IMG/VR virus record: IMGVR_UViG_3300045285_000068
Location: 1 to 38,557 of that record
Length of the DNA stretch: 38,557 nucleotides
Strand: one strand, 5' to 3'
Source: a virus
Lineage: Duplodnaviria > Caudoviricetes
The notes under the pieces are model-generated. The model saw only the letters and a list, made by a program, of their open reading frames with translations, ran no database searches and had not been told where the DNA came from. This document shows positions 23,665 through 32,597 of the stretch, piece after piece (within the stretch, counting starts at the first letter, position 1; the number at the start of each line of letters is the position of its first letter). A program made the translations under genes and the position numbers.

Positions 23665-26103
23665 ATGTCCGGCACCCTGATGAACTCCAGCTTCCCGAGC
23701 GAGAACGTGCTGTTCTCCGCGGCGTCCGGCCAGGCGCTGCAGCAGGGCCAGCGCAACGCGCTGATGCTGGAGAACCAGGGCATCGTGAACCAAGGCGCGC
23801 AGCAGGCGGTGTCCGCCGTCGATCAAGAGCAAGTCGGGCGCGCGGCGTCGTTCCTGATGACGCTGCCGGAGGAGCAACGCGCCGCGGCCTATCCGCGCGT
23901 CGTGCAGACGCTGCAATCGCAGGGCTTCGCCAAGAACGCGCCGGCACAGTATCCGGGACACGACGTGGTGGCGCAGCTCGCCAACGCGGGCGTGCCGGTG
24001 GTCGATCAGTACAAGATGGGCCTGATTACCCCGCCTGGGCTCACGGCTGCGATTGCCGGCGCCAACGCGCCGCTGCCGGGCCAGCCTGGGTATGGCGCTC
24101 CGGGACCGGGCGCGAGCGCGACGCCGGCGACGGCATACGGCAAGGGCGGCCCCGGCTCGTCCGTCACCGTCCCGCCTGAATACCTCCCGTTCTACGCGGA
24201 GGCGTCGAAGCGCACCGGAATCCCCGTTGACGTGCTGATTGCGCAGCACCGGCAGGAGTCGGGCTTCAATCCCGGCGCGACCGGCGCGGCTGGCGAGATC
24301 GGCATCGGTCAGGTCGCGCCAGCGACGGCGCGGAGTCCAGGTTTCGGCATGACTGGCGTTGAACCGGCGACGCTGCGCGATCCGCGGACGAACATCAATT
24401 TCAGCGCCGACTATCTGAAGGCGCGCATGGGGCCGAACGCCAACCCGGCCGATCCGAATGCGATCGTCAGCGGATTGCACGCGTACAACGGCGGCGGCGA
24501 TCCGAACTACGTCGCCAACGTCACGCGCTACCTGCCGCAGCCGGGTGCCACGCAACAGGCCGCAGCCGCGCCCGTGGCGCCCGCTGGCGTGGCGGCGCGA
24601 ACGGGTGGCGTTGACGTAGCGGGGCCGGGTGCTGGTGCCCCCGGTGGGGGCGCTCTGCCGGTCACGGGGCCTATGACGGATCAGGCGTGGCTCGACAACC
24701 AGGCCAAAACCTATCCCGACCTGGCAGGGCCGAACGCCAACCCGACTGCGCCTGTGCCGGCTACCGATCAACCCGCTCCCGCGGCACCGGGTGGCGCTGG
24801 CGTGCCAGTCGGCAACCTTGGTCTGGTCCGCACGCCGGACGGCAACGTAGGCACTCCCACGCCCGCACCCGCGCCACTGCCCGGCACGCCACCCAACGCG
24901 ATGGGGCCGACGCCATCGCCGCCGCCGCAGCTTATGCCTGCCGCGTCCGCGCAGCCGCCGCAGGCCGCGCCGGCAACCGGCACCAACTCGCCGCAATTCC
25001 AGGCCGCGCTTGAATTCAACCGCCGCGCGCAAGTGCTGGAGACGCAATACCCCTACAGCCCGCAGGCCAAAGCGATGGCCGCGAGCCTCCGCGCGCAGGC
25101 CGCGCTTTACATGCAGGCCGATAGCGTGACGTACGATCCGGTGACGGGGGTCGGGACAAAGGCGTTGACCGGCGAGCGGCTGAATGCCGCCGCGCCGAAT
25201 GCCCATTACGTGTGGGATGAAAAGCAGGGTTCATTCATAGACACGTCAGGCACCCATCCGCCGGTCACACCGCCCTCGCCACGGCTGACACAGACGTCGA
25301 CCGGCGAAATCATCCAGTCAAAGCCAGGCGGCGGCGCCCAGGTCGTATTCACGCCAAGCAACCCCGCCGTCGCGGCGCAGGAAGCAGCGAAGGCCGAAGG
25401 CGCGGCGTCCGGCAAAGCGACTGCTGAGGCCCTGCCCAAGCTGATCGACGCAGGTCGTTCAGCGCAGGCGGCGGAGGGCAACATCGATTACGGACTGAGC
25501 CAACTCGACAAGGCTAAGGCCGGCGGTATCGATACCGGATATTTTTCAGGTGCCAAAACTAACATAATGTCCGGCCTGAAATCGCTTGGCGTTCCGACCG
25601 ACAAGATACCGTTTATCGGCGTTGATCCGAGCGCAGTTGGAAATATCCAAACCGCGCGTAAAACTCTGGCCGTCGTGTCCGGCGCCATCCTGCAACAGAT
25701 CATCGGCAAGGACAGCCCGATTACCGATAGCAAGATCGAGGCATTCATTCACGCCCAGCCCGGTATCGAGACCGACCCCGACGCCGTGCGCCGCGTGCTC
25801 GGCTGGGCGCGTTCGCAATTCACATTCGAGCGCGAGATGGCGCAGTCCGGCGTCAATGAGGCGGCCACAACCGGGCGGCTTGCACCGAACTGGCAGGCCA
25901 AGTACTTCAAAGAGCACGGCTTTGCGCCGATCTACAATCCAAGCACAGGCGAGATGCAGCAGCCGGACGGCGGGGCGCCGGGGCGCGAGTCGCCGCCCTC
26001 TGCCGGCGCTGCTCCGGTCGTCAAATCCGACGCTGATTTCCACGCGCTTCCATCCGGTTCGGTGTTCACCGATCCGAACGGCCAGCAACGGCGGAAGCCC
26101 TGA
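23665..26103 (+). CDS. Ejection protein with lytic transglycosylase (SLT) domain
   Basis: QESGFNP.A....GIGQV, NI..ADYL and AYNGG motifs; Pro/Ala-rich linkers. Confidence 0.88.
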   Translation: MSGTLMNSSFPSENVLFSAASGQALQQGQRNALMLENQGIVNQGAQQAVSAVDQEQVGRAASFLMTLPEEQRAAAYPRVVQTLQSQGFAKNAPAQYPGHDVVAQLANAGVPVVDQYKMGLITPPGLTAAIAGANAPLPGQPGYGAPGPGASATPATAYGKGGPGSSVTVPPEYLPFYAEASKRTGIPVDVLIAQHRQESGFNPGATGAAGEIGIGQVAPATARSPGFGMTGVEPATLRDPRTNINFSADYLKARMGPNANPADPNAIVSGLHAYNGGGDPNYVANVTRYLPQPGATQQAAAAPVAPAGVAARTGGVDVAGPGAGAPGGGALPVTGPMTDQAWLDNQAKTYPDLAGPNANPTAPVPATDQPAPAAPGGAGVPVGNLGLVRTPDGNVGTPTPAPAPLPGTPPNAMGPTPSPPPQLMPAASAQPPQAAPATGTNSPQFQAALEFNRRAQVLETQYPYSPQAKAMAASLRAQAALYMQADSVTYDPVTGVGTKALTGERLNAAAPNAHYVWDEKQGSFIDTSGTHPPVTPPSPRLTQTSTGEIIQSKPGGGAQVVFTPSNPAVAAQEAAKAEGAASGKATAEALPKLIDAGRSAQAAEGNIDYGLSQLDKAKAGGIDTGYFSGAKTNIMSGLKSLGVPTDKIPFIGVDPSAVGNIQTARKTLAVVSGAILQQIIGKDSPITDSKIEAFIHAQPGIETDPDAVRRVLGWARSQFTFEREMAQSGVNEAATTGRLAPNWQAKYFKEHGFAPIYNPSTGEMQQPDGGAPGRESPPSAGAAPVVKSDADFHALPSGSVFTDPNGQQRRKP

Positions 26104-28103
26104 TGGCGGCAGCCTGGGAAGCCGCGCCGCTGGTCGGTGGTGACGCGCCGGCCTGGCAGTCCGCGCCGATCGTTGGCGGCGACGCGTTCGGCTCCGGCGC
26201 GGGTCTGGCAGGTATCGGGCGGCGTGCGCCGACGTCGACCGCGCCGGCAGCAACACCCGCGCCGCTGCCGCCCGTAACACCATCGCCGGGCCTCGACCGC
26301 GAGATGCCGACGCTTGCCGGCAACCTGCCATCGGAGACGCCCGGCGTGCCGGGGCCGTCGCTGACGCTTGATGATGTGCGTAAGTATCTGGAGCCTGAAC
26401 CGGGCATGGTTTACGGCAGCCCCGCGCCGGAGGGGCACTATTTGGACCCCGCCTATGGCGGCGCCCCTGGTCAGATCGCGGCGTCGATGTTCTCGCCATT
26501 CAAGCGCGACCCGAAGACCGATACGACTTCCCTAACGCTTCCAGGTGCTATCCGTAATCCGTTGCTGGGATTGCTCGACGTGGCTCAAGGTCGCTACCAG
26601 ACTGATGATAGCGGCAACCCGCTGTCCGTGCGACCGACGCCGAATACCATAGCGTTAACCGGCGCTGCCGCATCGCCACTTCGGATGGGGCCGCGCGAGC
26701 CGGTACCGACGTCACTGGCAGCGCGGGAAGCGCCGCTGTCGGTCGAGTTTCAGCAGAACGCGATGGGACCGGCGGCAACCGCGAAGGTTCTCGCGACACC
26801 GGAAGGTGCGCCGGTGTCCGCCGCTCCGGCTCCGCCGGTCGCCGCACCTGCTCCCGTCGCCGATGGCGGGACGCAGAGCGTCGGCGCCGCGGCATCGCGC
26901 GACATGACGGCGCCGGAAGTGCTCACCGCGAAGACGCCAGCACAGCGTATCCGCGATCTGGAAAGCTCGGCCAACCAGACAGCGGAAGAACGCGCCGGGC
27001 CGCAGATGCGGGACGATACGCCGTACGTCGCGGACATCCCGCCGCGCTTGCTGGCGTCCCGTGACTTCTCACAATCGGTCAACGCGCTTGACGAGAAGGT
27101 CGCCAAAGCCAAAGACCCGGCATTCCGTGATGCGGTGGACAAGAATAACCGCGACCGCAATGAGGGCATGGTTGACTTACTGCGAACCGACGCGGGCGAT
27201 GCGATTGCGCTGGACAAGGCGCACGACGTCCGCTCCGAAGTCTCGCCGACCGCGATGGGCGTATTCAATGGCGAGAAGCCGGTTGACGGCTCCGGCTTGG
27301 TGACGACCATCGACGGCCTGCTGCGGGGGCCGGATGGCAAGCGCGGGGCAATACGCACCGTGTTGAATGATGTCCGCGCGAGCCTTTTCGACGCCGATGG
27401 AAACCTCGAGACGTTGCCGTCGCAGTTGTACGGCGCGCGAAAGAATATCACGGACCTGCTCAAAAAGGGCGTCAAAGGCATCGGTGAGCAGGCCGACAAC
27501 GTGCGGGCGTCGAAAAGCATTTTGACTGGACTGTTACCGCACATCGATCAGACGATCACGTCGGGCGCCGCGCCGTTCGCCGACTATCTAAGCAAGTGGA
27601 GCGAACTATCCCAGCCGATCAACCGGATGGAATTCCTGCAAAAGTACCAGACCGGCGCAAAGAAGATTACCAACGATCAGGGTTACTTGCAGCCGCATAA
27701 AGTGCAGACGATGCTTGACGACATCCTACAGGCGCATAAGGCCAGTGGTGTGAATGGTGGCAAGGCGCTCACAGACGCGGAAATCCAGAACGTCATAAAC
27801 GTGCGCAACGAGTTGGCTGCCGGCGGCTTGCAGGATCGCCTTGCATCAGTGCGAGGATCCGACTCATTCCAGCAATTCAGTCAGCCTGGAGTGCTGGGGC
27901 GCGGGCCTATCGGTGGTGCAGTCAAGGGGCTCGGCGAGGCCGCTCTGGGACTCTCGACCGCCGGCGTCGGTAATATGATTTACCACTTCGGTGTCAAGCC
28001 CGGTTTCGAGGTGGCGCGCAACGCTCGTATCGCAGCGCAAGAGGCGGCGCGGAAGGAACAGTTGCTATCGGCGCCCCCGCAAAACCGGCTCGCACCAAAT
28101 TAG
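26103..28103 (+). CDS. Large ejection/DNA transfer protein
   Basis: Third ORF of the ejection cluster; N-terminal W..AP(L/I)V repeats; helical body. Confidence 0.75.
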   Translation: MAAAWEAAPLVGGDAPAWQSAPIVGGDAFGSGAGLAGIGRRAPTSTAPAATPAPLPPVTPSPGLDREMPTLAGNLPSETPGVPGPSLTLDDVRKYLEPEPGMVYGSPAPEGHYLDPAYGGAPGQIAASMFSPFKRDPKTDTTSLTLPGAIRNPLLGLLDVAQGRYQTDDSGNPLSVRPTPNTIALTGAAASPLRMGPREPVPTSLAAREAPLSVEFQQNAMGPAATAKVLATPEGAPVSAAPAPPVAAPAPVADGGTQSVGAAASRDMTAPEVLTAKTPAQRIRDLESSANQTAEERAGPQMRDDTPYVADIPPRLLASRDFSQSVNALDEKVAKAKDPAFRDAVDKNNRDRNEGMVDLLRTDAGDAIALDKAHDVRSEVSPTAMGVFNGEKPVDGSGLVTTIDGLLRGPDGKRGAIRTVLNDVRASLFDADGNLETLPSQLYGARKNITDLLKKGVKGIGEQADNVRASKSILTGLLPHIDQTITSGAAPFADYLSKWSELSQPINRMEFLQKYQTGAKKITNDQGYLQPHKVQTMLDDILQAHKASGVNGGKALTDAEIQNVINVRNELAAGGLQDRLASVRGSDSFQQFSQPGVLGRGPIGGAVKGLGEAALGLSTAGVGNMIYHFGVKPGFEVARNARIAAQEAARKEQLLSAPPQNRLAPN

Positions 28104-28317
28104 CGCGGTGGCGCTTGACCATCAGAGGCGCCCAGATCGCTGCCAGCACCACCACGCACAGCAAGAACGCGCCCCACATGTCCTGTTTGGCCTGCGCCGC
28201 ACAGATCAGCGCGACAAGCCCCACCGGCAGCGTCAGGAACACACACACGAACAGATTGCCCGCGCCCCAGCCGATCACCAGCACGGTCGCGACCACGAGG
28301 CCGATCAGGATTTCCAC
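27994..28317 (-). CDS. Three-TM membrane protein, candidate superinfection exclusion
   Basis: Hydrophobic helices; counter-oriented right after the last ejection gene, the position of P22 sieA. Confidence 0.65.
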   Translation of the reverse strand: MEILIGLVVATVLVIGWGAGNLFVCVFLTLPVGLVALICAAQAKQDMWGAFLLCVVVLAAIWAPLMVKRHRANLVRAGFAGAPIATVPSAPPLALRYERCAPPRNRA

Positions 28318-28318
28318 A

Positions 28319-28456
28319 CTACTTACTCCGGTTGCCGCGCCACTCGTCGATGATCCGCCGCACCAGGTCGGCGAGCGAGATGCCCAGCCGCTGCGCCTCG
28401 GCCTTCAGATACGCGGCCTGCGGGTCGGTAAACGATAGCGTCTGCTTATGGGCCAT
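28319..28456 (-). CDS. Ribbon-helix-helix (CopG/Arc-like) regulator, 45 aa
   Basis: KQTLSF-TDPQAAYLKAEAQRLGISLADLVRRIID pattern. Confidence 0.85.
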   Translation of the reverse strand: MAHKQTLSFTDPQAAYLKAEAQRLGISLADLVRRIIDEWRGNRSK

Positions 28457-28463
28457 GAGACGG

Positions 28464-28493
28464 AATATAGCACCGTCCCGCCTTCCATTGCAA
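28464..28493 (-). promoter_or_regulatory. Sigma70-type promoter for a leaderless RHH transcript
   Basis: TTGCAA-18-TATATT with an extended TG; ATG 7 nt after the -10; no SD. Confidence 0.65.
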
Positions 28494-28503
28494 GTTAACA
28501 ACC

Positions 28504-28905
28504 ATGTCCGACGCACCGCACCCCCAGGCGATCGAACGGCTGAAGTGGCCCCTATGGGGCATCGTGATCGCGGCCCTCGGGCTGGGACTGACGATAGCTG
28601 GCGCGACCGTGACGATCGCCTGGACGGTGATCCATTGGGTCGATACCCAGGAAAATCTGATCGCGCTCAATCAGGCCGGAGTTCTCGCCGCAACGCATGA
28701 CGTCGGCATCTTGCAAGGCAACATCGTCAGCCTCGACAAGCGTGTGAACGAACTCACGGCCAAGGTGAACGAACTCCACAACCTGAGCGATGCGGCGGAC
28801 CGGGAACTGAAGGCGCGGCTCGATACCATCGACGCGCTGGCGAAGTTCAACACCGAGCGATTATTCCAGCAGCAGCTTCCGCAACCCAGACAGGGCCCGC
28901 GCTGA
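28504..28905 (+). CDS. One-TM plus coiled-coil protein (i-spanin-like or holin-like)
   Basis: N-terminal TM helix then a long heptad region; coupled to a lipoprotein gene. Confidence 0.55.
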   Translation: MSDAPHPQAIERLKWPLWGIVIAALGLGLTIAGATVTIAWTVIHWVDTQENLIALNQAGVLAATHDVGILQGNIVSLDKRVNELTAKVNELHNLSDAADRELKARLDTIDALAKFNTERLFQQQLPQPRQGPR

Positions 28906-29288
28906 TGATCCTCATTCGTGCGATTCTTGCCGCTGTCGTGCTGGCCGGCTGCACTGGCAAGCCGCTGCCCACGCCCGTCGTGGTCGAGCCGCCCGAGACC
29001 GCTACGGAGGCGACGCCGGTGCCGCCCGTTCCGCCAGCGGCGAATCCCGCGCCGGCTGCCGACGCTGCCCGTGCGTACCACAAGGCCGAAAGCGGCGAGG
29101 GCCGTGCCGTGACCAAGCCGGGCGCGACGGCGGACTCGATCACCACAATTCACCAAGCGAACGCGCTCGCCCGTAAGGCCGTGGCCGATCTGGTGGCGCA
29201 GGACGGGCACCCGACGCCGGATCGGATCGCCGCCGCAAAGCGCACGCTGGACGATCTGATCAACGCGCTGGAAGCCACGCCGCAATAG
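28905..29288 (+). CDS. Pro-rich lipoprotein (possible o-spanin)
   Basis: Lipobox LAG-C followed by a Pro-rich linker. Confidence 0.65.
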   Translation: MILIRAILAAVVLAGCTGKPLPTPVVVEPPETATEATPVPPVPPAANPAPAADAARAYHKAESGEGRAVTKPGATADSITTIHQANALARKAVADLVAQDGHPTPDRIAAAKRTLDDLINALEATPQ

Positions 29289-29297
29289 GAGTCCGCC

Positions 29298-29471
29298 ATG
29301 GCAACGCATTACCTCGTGCTCGCATTGCCGGACGACGATCACGAGGCGAGCGTGATGCTCAACCAGCGCCGAATCGACGGCTGGGCGATCGGGTATCTTG
29401 TGCAGCCGACCGTCGGGCAGCCCGCGCGAGTGATCCTGGAACACACACCGCAACCGGGGGATGGAACCTGA
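29298..29471 (+). CDS. Hypothetical protein (57 aa)
   Basis: AGGAG SD; TGATG coupling to the next ORF. Confidence 0.6.
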   Translation: MATHYLVLALPDDDHEASVMLNQRRIDGWAIGYLVQPTVGQPARVILEHTPQPGDGT

Positions 29472-29731
29472 TGGCACGCACATTGTCGATCGTGCGGCAG
29501 GGCGCGACGCCCGAAGAGGATACCGTCTGCACGATGGCGGAGGCGGCTCGCGAATGCCTGGAGCGTATCCTGCGGTCGAACCCGACGGTGATCGCGTTCC
29601 TGTCGCAGCGCCTGGACGAACCGATGCAGCTTGAGTCGCTGCCGGGTTCGCGTCTGGTACTCGAGGGGATGATCGGAGGCGCGAGCGAAGCCCTGGGTAT
29701 GCTCGCGCTCTCCGTGTCGAAGGAAGACTAG
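29471..29731 (+). CDS. Hypothetical protein
   Basis: Coupled ORF with phage-like codon usage. Confidence 0.6.
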   Translation: MARTLSIVRQGATPEEDTVCTMAEAARECLERILRSNPTVIAFLSQRLDEPMQLESLPGSRLVLEGMIGGASEALGMLALSVSKED

Positions 29732-30018
29732 GCCGCGTACGTCGCCTTCATCCACGCCTTCGCGGCGATCTGCTGCGCCGGCGACAGCACAGCCAACCGA
29801 TCGCGCGTCTGCTCGCAGAATGTCAGCATCGGGTCGCGCGGTAGCTTGGTGGCCGCTGCCTGAGCGACAGTCCCGGCACCCAGGTCGATTTGCTGCTTCG
29901 CCGCTGCGATCTGCGCCTTCGTGCGCCGCTTGCGCCGTCCGGCCGCCGCCTTCTTGGGTGGCGCGCGGCGCTGTGTGCCGTTGCCGGTGCGGATCTGCTG
30001 TTGTGTGCCAGACATCAT
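29728..30018 (-). CDS. Basic protein with RRKRRTKAQI motif (possible DNA binding)
   Basis: AAGGAG SD; counter-oriented. Confidence 0.7.
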   Translation of the reverse strand: MMSGTQQQIRTGNGTQRRAPPKKAAAGRRKRRTKAQIAAAKQQIDLGAGTVAQAAATKLPRDPMLTFCEQTRDRLAVLSPAQQIAAKAWMKATYAA

Positions 30019-30083
30019 TGACTCCTTGTGTAGACAAATCGCGGATTAGCACCGATCTCGCGTATTGAGAAAGCCCTGCCCGC

Positions 30084-30374
30084 ATGTCCGCAACCGCGCC
30101 GACGCCTATCCCCACGCCGCCGCCAGACCCGGCGACACCGGAGTCCGTGTGGGCCAAGCCGTCGATCAGCGTCATCGGGCTCGGGATCTTCGCCATCGGC
30201 TACGCCCTGGCGTTCCTGACGCACGACACCACGGTGCAGACGATGTTCGCCGGAGCGGCAATCGCGATGGGCCAGCAAGTCGTGGGCTATTGGCTCGGAT
30301 CGTCCGCCGGGAGCACAAGGAAAGACGCGACGATCGCCGCCGCCGCTGTAGCCACGAAGGGGCTGCCACCATGA
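30084..30374 (+). CDS. Putative holin (2 TM)
   Basis: Two hydrophobic helices and a VVGYWLGSS.GS..KD motif. Confidence 0.7.
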   Translation: MSATAPTPIPTPPPDPATPESVWAKPSISVIGLGIFAIGYALAFLTHDTTVQTMFAGAAIAMGQQVVGYWLGSSAGSTRKDATIAAAAVATKGLPP

Positions 30375-30461
30375 TTCCGACCCCGGTCATTCCATGGCCT
30401 TCGCCACCCGCGCCTGCGCCGACGTTCCCTGACCCGCTTTACCTCTGAAAGCACCGCCAGC

Positions 30462-30689
30462 ATGAACAATACCGACATCGGATGGGCCGTTCAGCAGATG
30501 TACAACGGCTCACGCGTCTGCCGCGCCGGCTGGAACGGCCGCAACATGTGGCTGGCGCTTCAGATGCCCGACAAAAACTCCAAGATGTCGCTGCCCTACA
30601 TCTTCATGAGCACCGCGCAAGGCGACCTGGTGCCCTGGCTGTGCTCCCAGACCGACCTGCTGGCGTCGGATTGGACGTTGGCCGCATGA
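30462..30689 (+). CDS. tad2: DUF2829/Tad2-like anti-Thoeris/CBASS sponge
   Basis: G.RV.R.GWNG.NMW, LPYI.M.TA.G.LVPW..SQTD.LA.DW motifs. Confidence 0.85.
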   Translation: MNNTDIGWAVQQMYNGSRVCRAGWNGRNMWLALQMPDKNSKMSLPYIFMSTAQGDLVPWLCSQTDLLASDWTLAA

Positions 30690-30934
30690 GCCAGCATCAA
30701 GGACTCCCCGTCGAGGGCTACCGGCCGCAAGCGCAGTTGGCGGTCGATCTCGTGAATGCGAACAAGATGGCGGAGGAAACCTGCCTTCGCATGTTGGACG
30801 TGCTCGCTCAGGACCCCCACACCGACAAGCGATGGCTCGCGATCGGCCGAACGGCGATCGAGAACGGGTGGATGGCGGTCAACCGCGCGGTGTTCAAGCC
30901 GTCGCGCGCCAAGCTGCCGGGCGACCCGCCATGA
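30686..30934 (+). CDS. acb2: Acb2-like anti-CBASS sponge
   Basis: GYR (Y12), N..K (K27) and RWLAIG.T.I..G.MA..RA...P; Tyr-Lys spacing of 15 matches Acb2 Y11/K26 as recalled; ATG 30686 in an ATGA overlap. Confidence 0.85.
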   Translation: MSQHQGLPVEGYRPQAQLAVDLVNANKMAEETCLRMLDVLAQDPHTDKRWLAIGRTAIENGWMAVNRAVFKPSRAKLPGDPP

Positions 30935-31116
30935 ACGAGGACAAGCTGACGCACGCCCAACGGTTGCGGCTGGAGGCCTTCGCGCAGGCCGGCGCGCGGA
31001 ATCAGATGCGGCCAATCCCAATCCAGCAGCAATTCGAGGAAGCGGTCATGATCGAGCAGTGGCTTTGGGCTGCTGACGATTACCGGCAGATGGCCGGAAA
31101 GGAACCCAGGTCATGA
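30931..31116 (+). CDS. Hypothetical protein (61 aa) coupled to acb2
   Basis: ATGA overlaps at both ends; MNEDKLTHAQRLRLEAF... Confidence 0.65.
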   Translation: MNEDKLTHAQRLRLEAFAQAGARNQMRPIPIQQQFEEAVMIEQWLWAADDYRQMAGKEPRS

Positions 31117-31478
31117 ACCTCACCCGCTACCCCGGCACCGTCGCCGGCACGCTGCTGTGCGTCGGCACGCTGGCGCTCGCGCTCGCCGGCTGCGCCAACT
31201 CCGGCGGCACGCAAACCGCTGTTGCCGGGACCGAAGTGGCCCTGACCGCGGCCGAGAAGGCGGCGACGCTCTACGTTACCCTGCCGCAGTGCGGTCCCGC
31301 GCACCCCGCGCCGATCTGCTCGGATGCGCCGGTCATCGCGAAGATCAAGGCGGCGGACAACGTGGCGTTCGACGCGGTGATGGCGGCGCGCGCCGGCGGC
31401 AGCGATGCGAAGGTGGCGACGGCGAACGCGGCGATTGCCGCGCTGGTCGAACTGATCCCCGCCGCGACAACGCACTGA
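31113..31478 (+). CDS. Lipoprotein
   Basis: Lipobox LAG-C; helical body with a Cys pair. Confidence 0.75.
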   Translation: MNLTRYPGTVAGTLLCVGTLALALAGCANSGGTQTAVAGTEVALTAAEKAATLYVTLPQCGPAHPAPICSDAPVIAKIKAADNVAFDAVMAARAGGSDAKVATANAAIAALVELIPAATTH

Positions 31479-31487
31479 GGAGTCGCC

Positions 31488-31688
31488 ATGCCCGTCACTG
31501 TCATTTCCGCCGCCGCCCAACTCGTCGCGATGGGCATCCCGCTCGCCACCACGATCATCGACGCCGTTACCGCTGAGATGAAGCTGAGCGGGTCGCCCGC
31601 GCCGCCCACGGCCGCCGAGCAGGCCGTCATCGATGCTGGCCTCGCCGCCGCACACGCGGCGCTGCAGGCCGCACAGCAGGCACCGTGA
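31488..31688 (+). CDS. Small amphipathic protein
   Basis: GAGGAG SD; GTGA coupling to the endolysin. Confidence 0.7.
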   Translation: MPVTVISAAAQLVAMGIPLATTIIDAVTAEMKLSGSPAPPTAAEQAVIDAGLAAAHAALQAAQQAP

Positions 31689-32161
31689 CCCCCGCCGAAT
31701 TCTCCGCCCGCATCCTGATTCCATCCGTCGCGCGATTCCCGTTCCGCGACAGCCCCGAGGCCCGCGCGCTGCTGCTGGCGATCGCTGGCGTCGAGAGCGG
31801 GTGGACAGCGCGGTATCAACTCGGAGGGCCGGCGCTCGGGTTCTGGCAATTCGAGCCGAACGGTATCCAGGCCGTGCTTGACCATCCTGCCAGCGGCGAC
31901 GTGCTCAGGGCGTTCTGTGCAGAGTGCGAGGTCAAACCGACACTGCTCGATGAGGCGCTCGCCTGGCACGACGGACTGGCCTACGCCTGCGCGCGGCTGC
32001 TGCTCTGGACCGACCCGGCACCGCTGCCGGCGATTGGGGATCAGGCGGCCGGATGGGCGTACTACGAACGACTGTGGCGCCCTGGGAAGCCGGACGCGGC
32101 GCGGTGGGCGACCCGCTATGCCGAGGCGTTCCACATCATCGCTGCGCCCGCCGTAGCCTGA
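31685..32161 (+). CDS. Putative endolysin (lysozyme-like fold)
   Basis: LLAIA..ES....R.Q.GGPA.G.WQFE and W.YY...WRPGKP motifs; last gene of the late run. Confidence 0.75.
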   Translation: MTPAEFSARILIPSVARFPFRDSPEARALLLAIAGVESGWTARYQLGGPALGFWQFEPNGIQAVLDHPASGDVLRAFCAECEVKPTLLDEALAWHDGLAYACARLLLWTDPAPLPAIGDQAAGWAYYERLWRPGKPDAARWATRYAEAFHIIAAPAVA

Positions 32162-32306
32162 GCTTGCGGCGCGAACCGTACCATGCGAAAAAGGGCTTGC
32201 TGAGAGCTCTTGGTTTCCCCGGTCACGGACCGGAAAGCTGGGGTGTCCTGGGCCGCCTCGGCGGCCCTCGCCATTTCTGGCGCCCCGCTTGCCCGCCGTC
32301 GCCTGA

Positions 32307-32528
32307 TTACCATGTCCGCCCTATTGGCGGCGTGCGGGGATCAGGAACGACGCTCCACCCCAGCGATGCCATTTCGTCCGGCGAGGTGAGGAACCGGCCT
32401 TCCTCCCATGCCTGGCACGACGGCGACCAGAACCAAGTGCCGGCCGCGCCTTCGACGTGTTCCAAGTACCACGGGCCAACGTCGGAGGGATCCGGCGGGA
32501 TAGCGGTGGTTCGTGGTTCGGTGTCCAT
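32307..32528 (-). CDS. Trp-rich hypothetical protein (73 aa)
   Basis: GGAGGA SD before ATG 32528. Confidence 0.6.
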   Translation of the reverse strand: MDTEPRTTAIPPDPSDVGPWYLEHVEGAAGTWFWSPSCQAWEEGRFLTSPDEMASLGWSVVPDPRTPPIGRTW

Positions 32529-32597
32529 CAATGTTCCTCCCGCTTGCCCGCCGCGCCCCACGCGCCCACCTTGCGGGGGTCCGGAGGAGCGCACGCC

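Noticed and set aside
7999-25206. Long antisense or alternate-frame ORFs (e.g. 7999..9441, 12808..14334, 13740..15629, 19949..21361, 23584..25206)
   Set aside because: They are Arg/Gly-rich shadows of GC3-biased genes on the other strand, with no motifs or SD.
32198-32250. Hammerhead ribozyme or SRP RNA
   Set aside because: CTGAGAG does not fit CUGANGA with the required stems, and the SRP GGAAGGAAGCAG core is absent.
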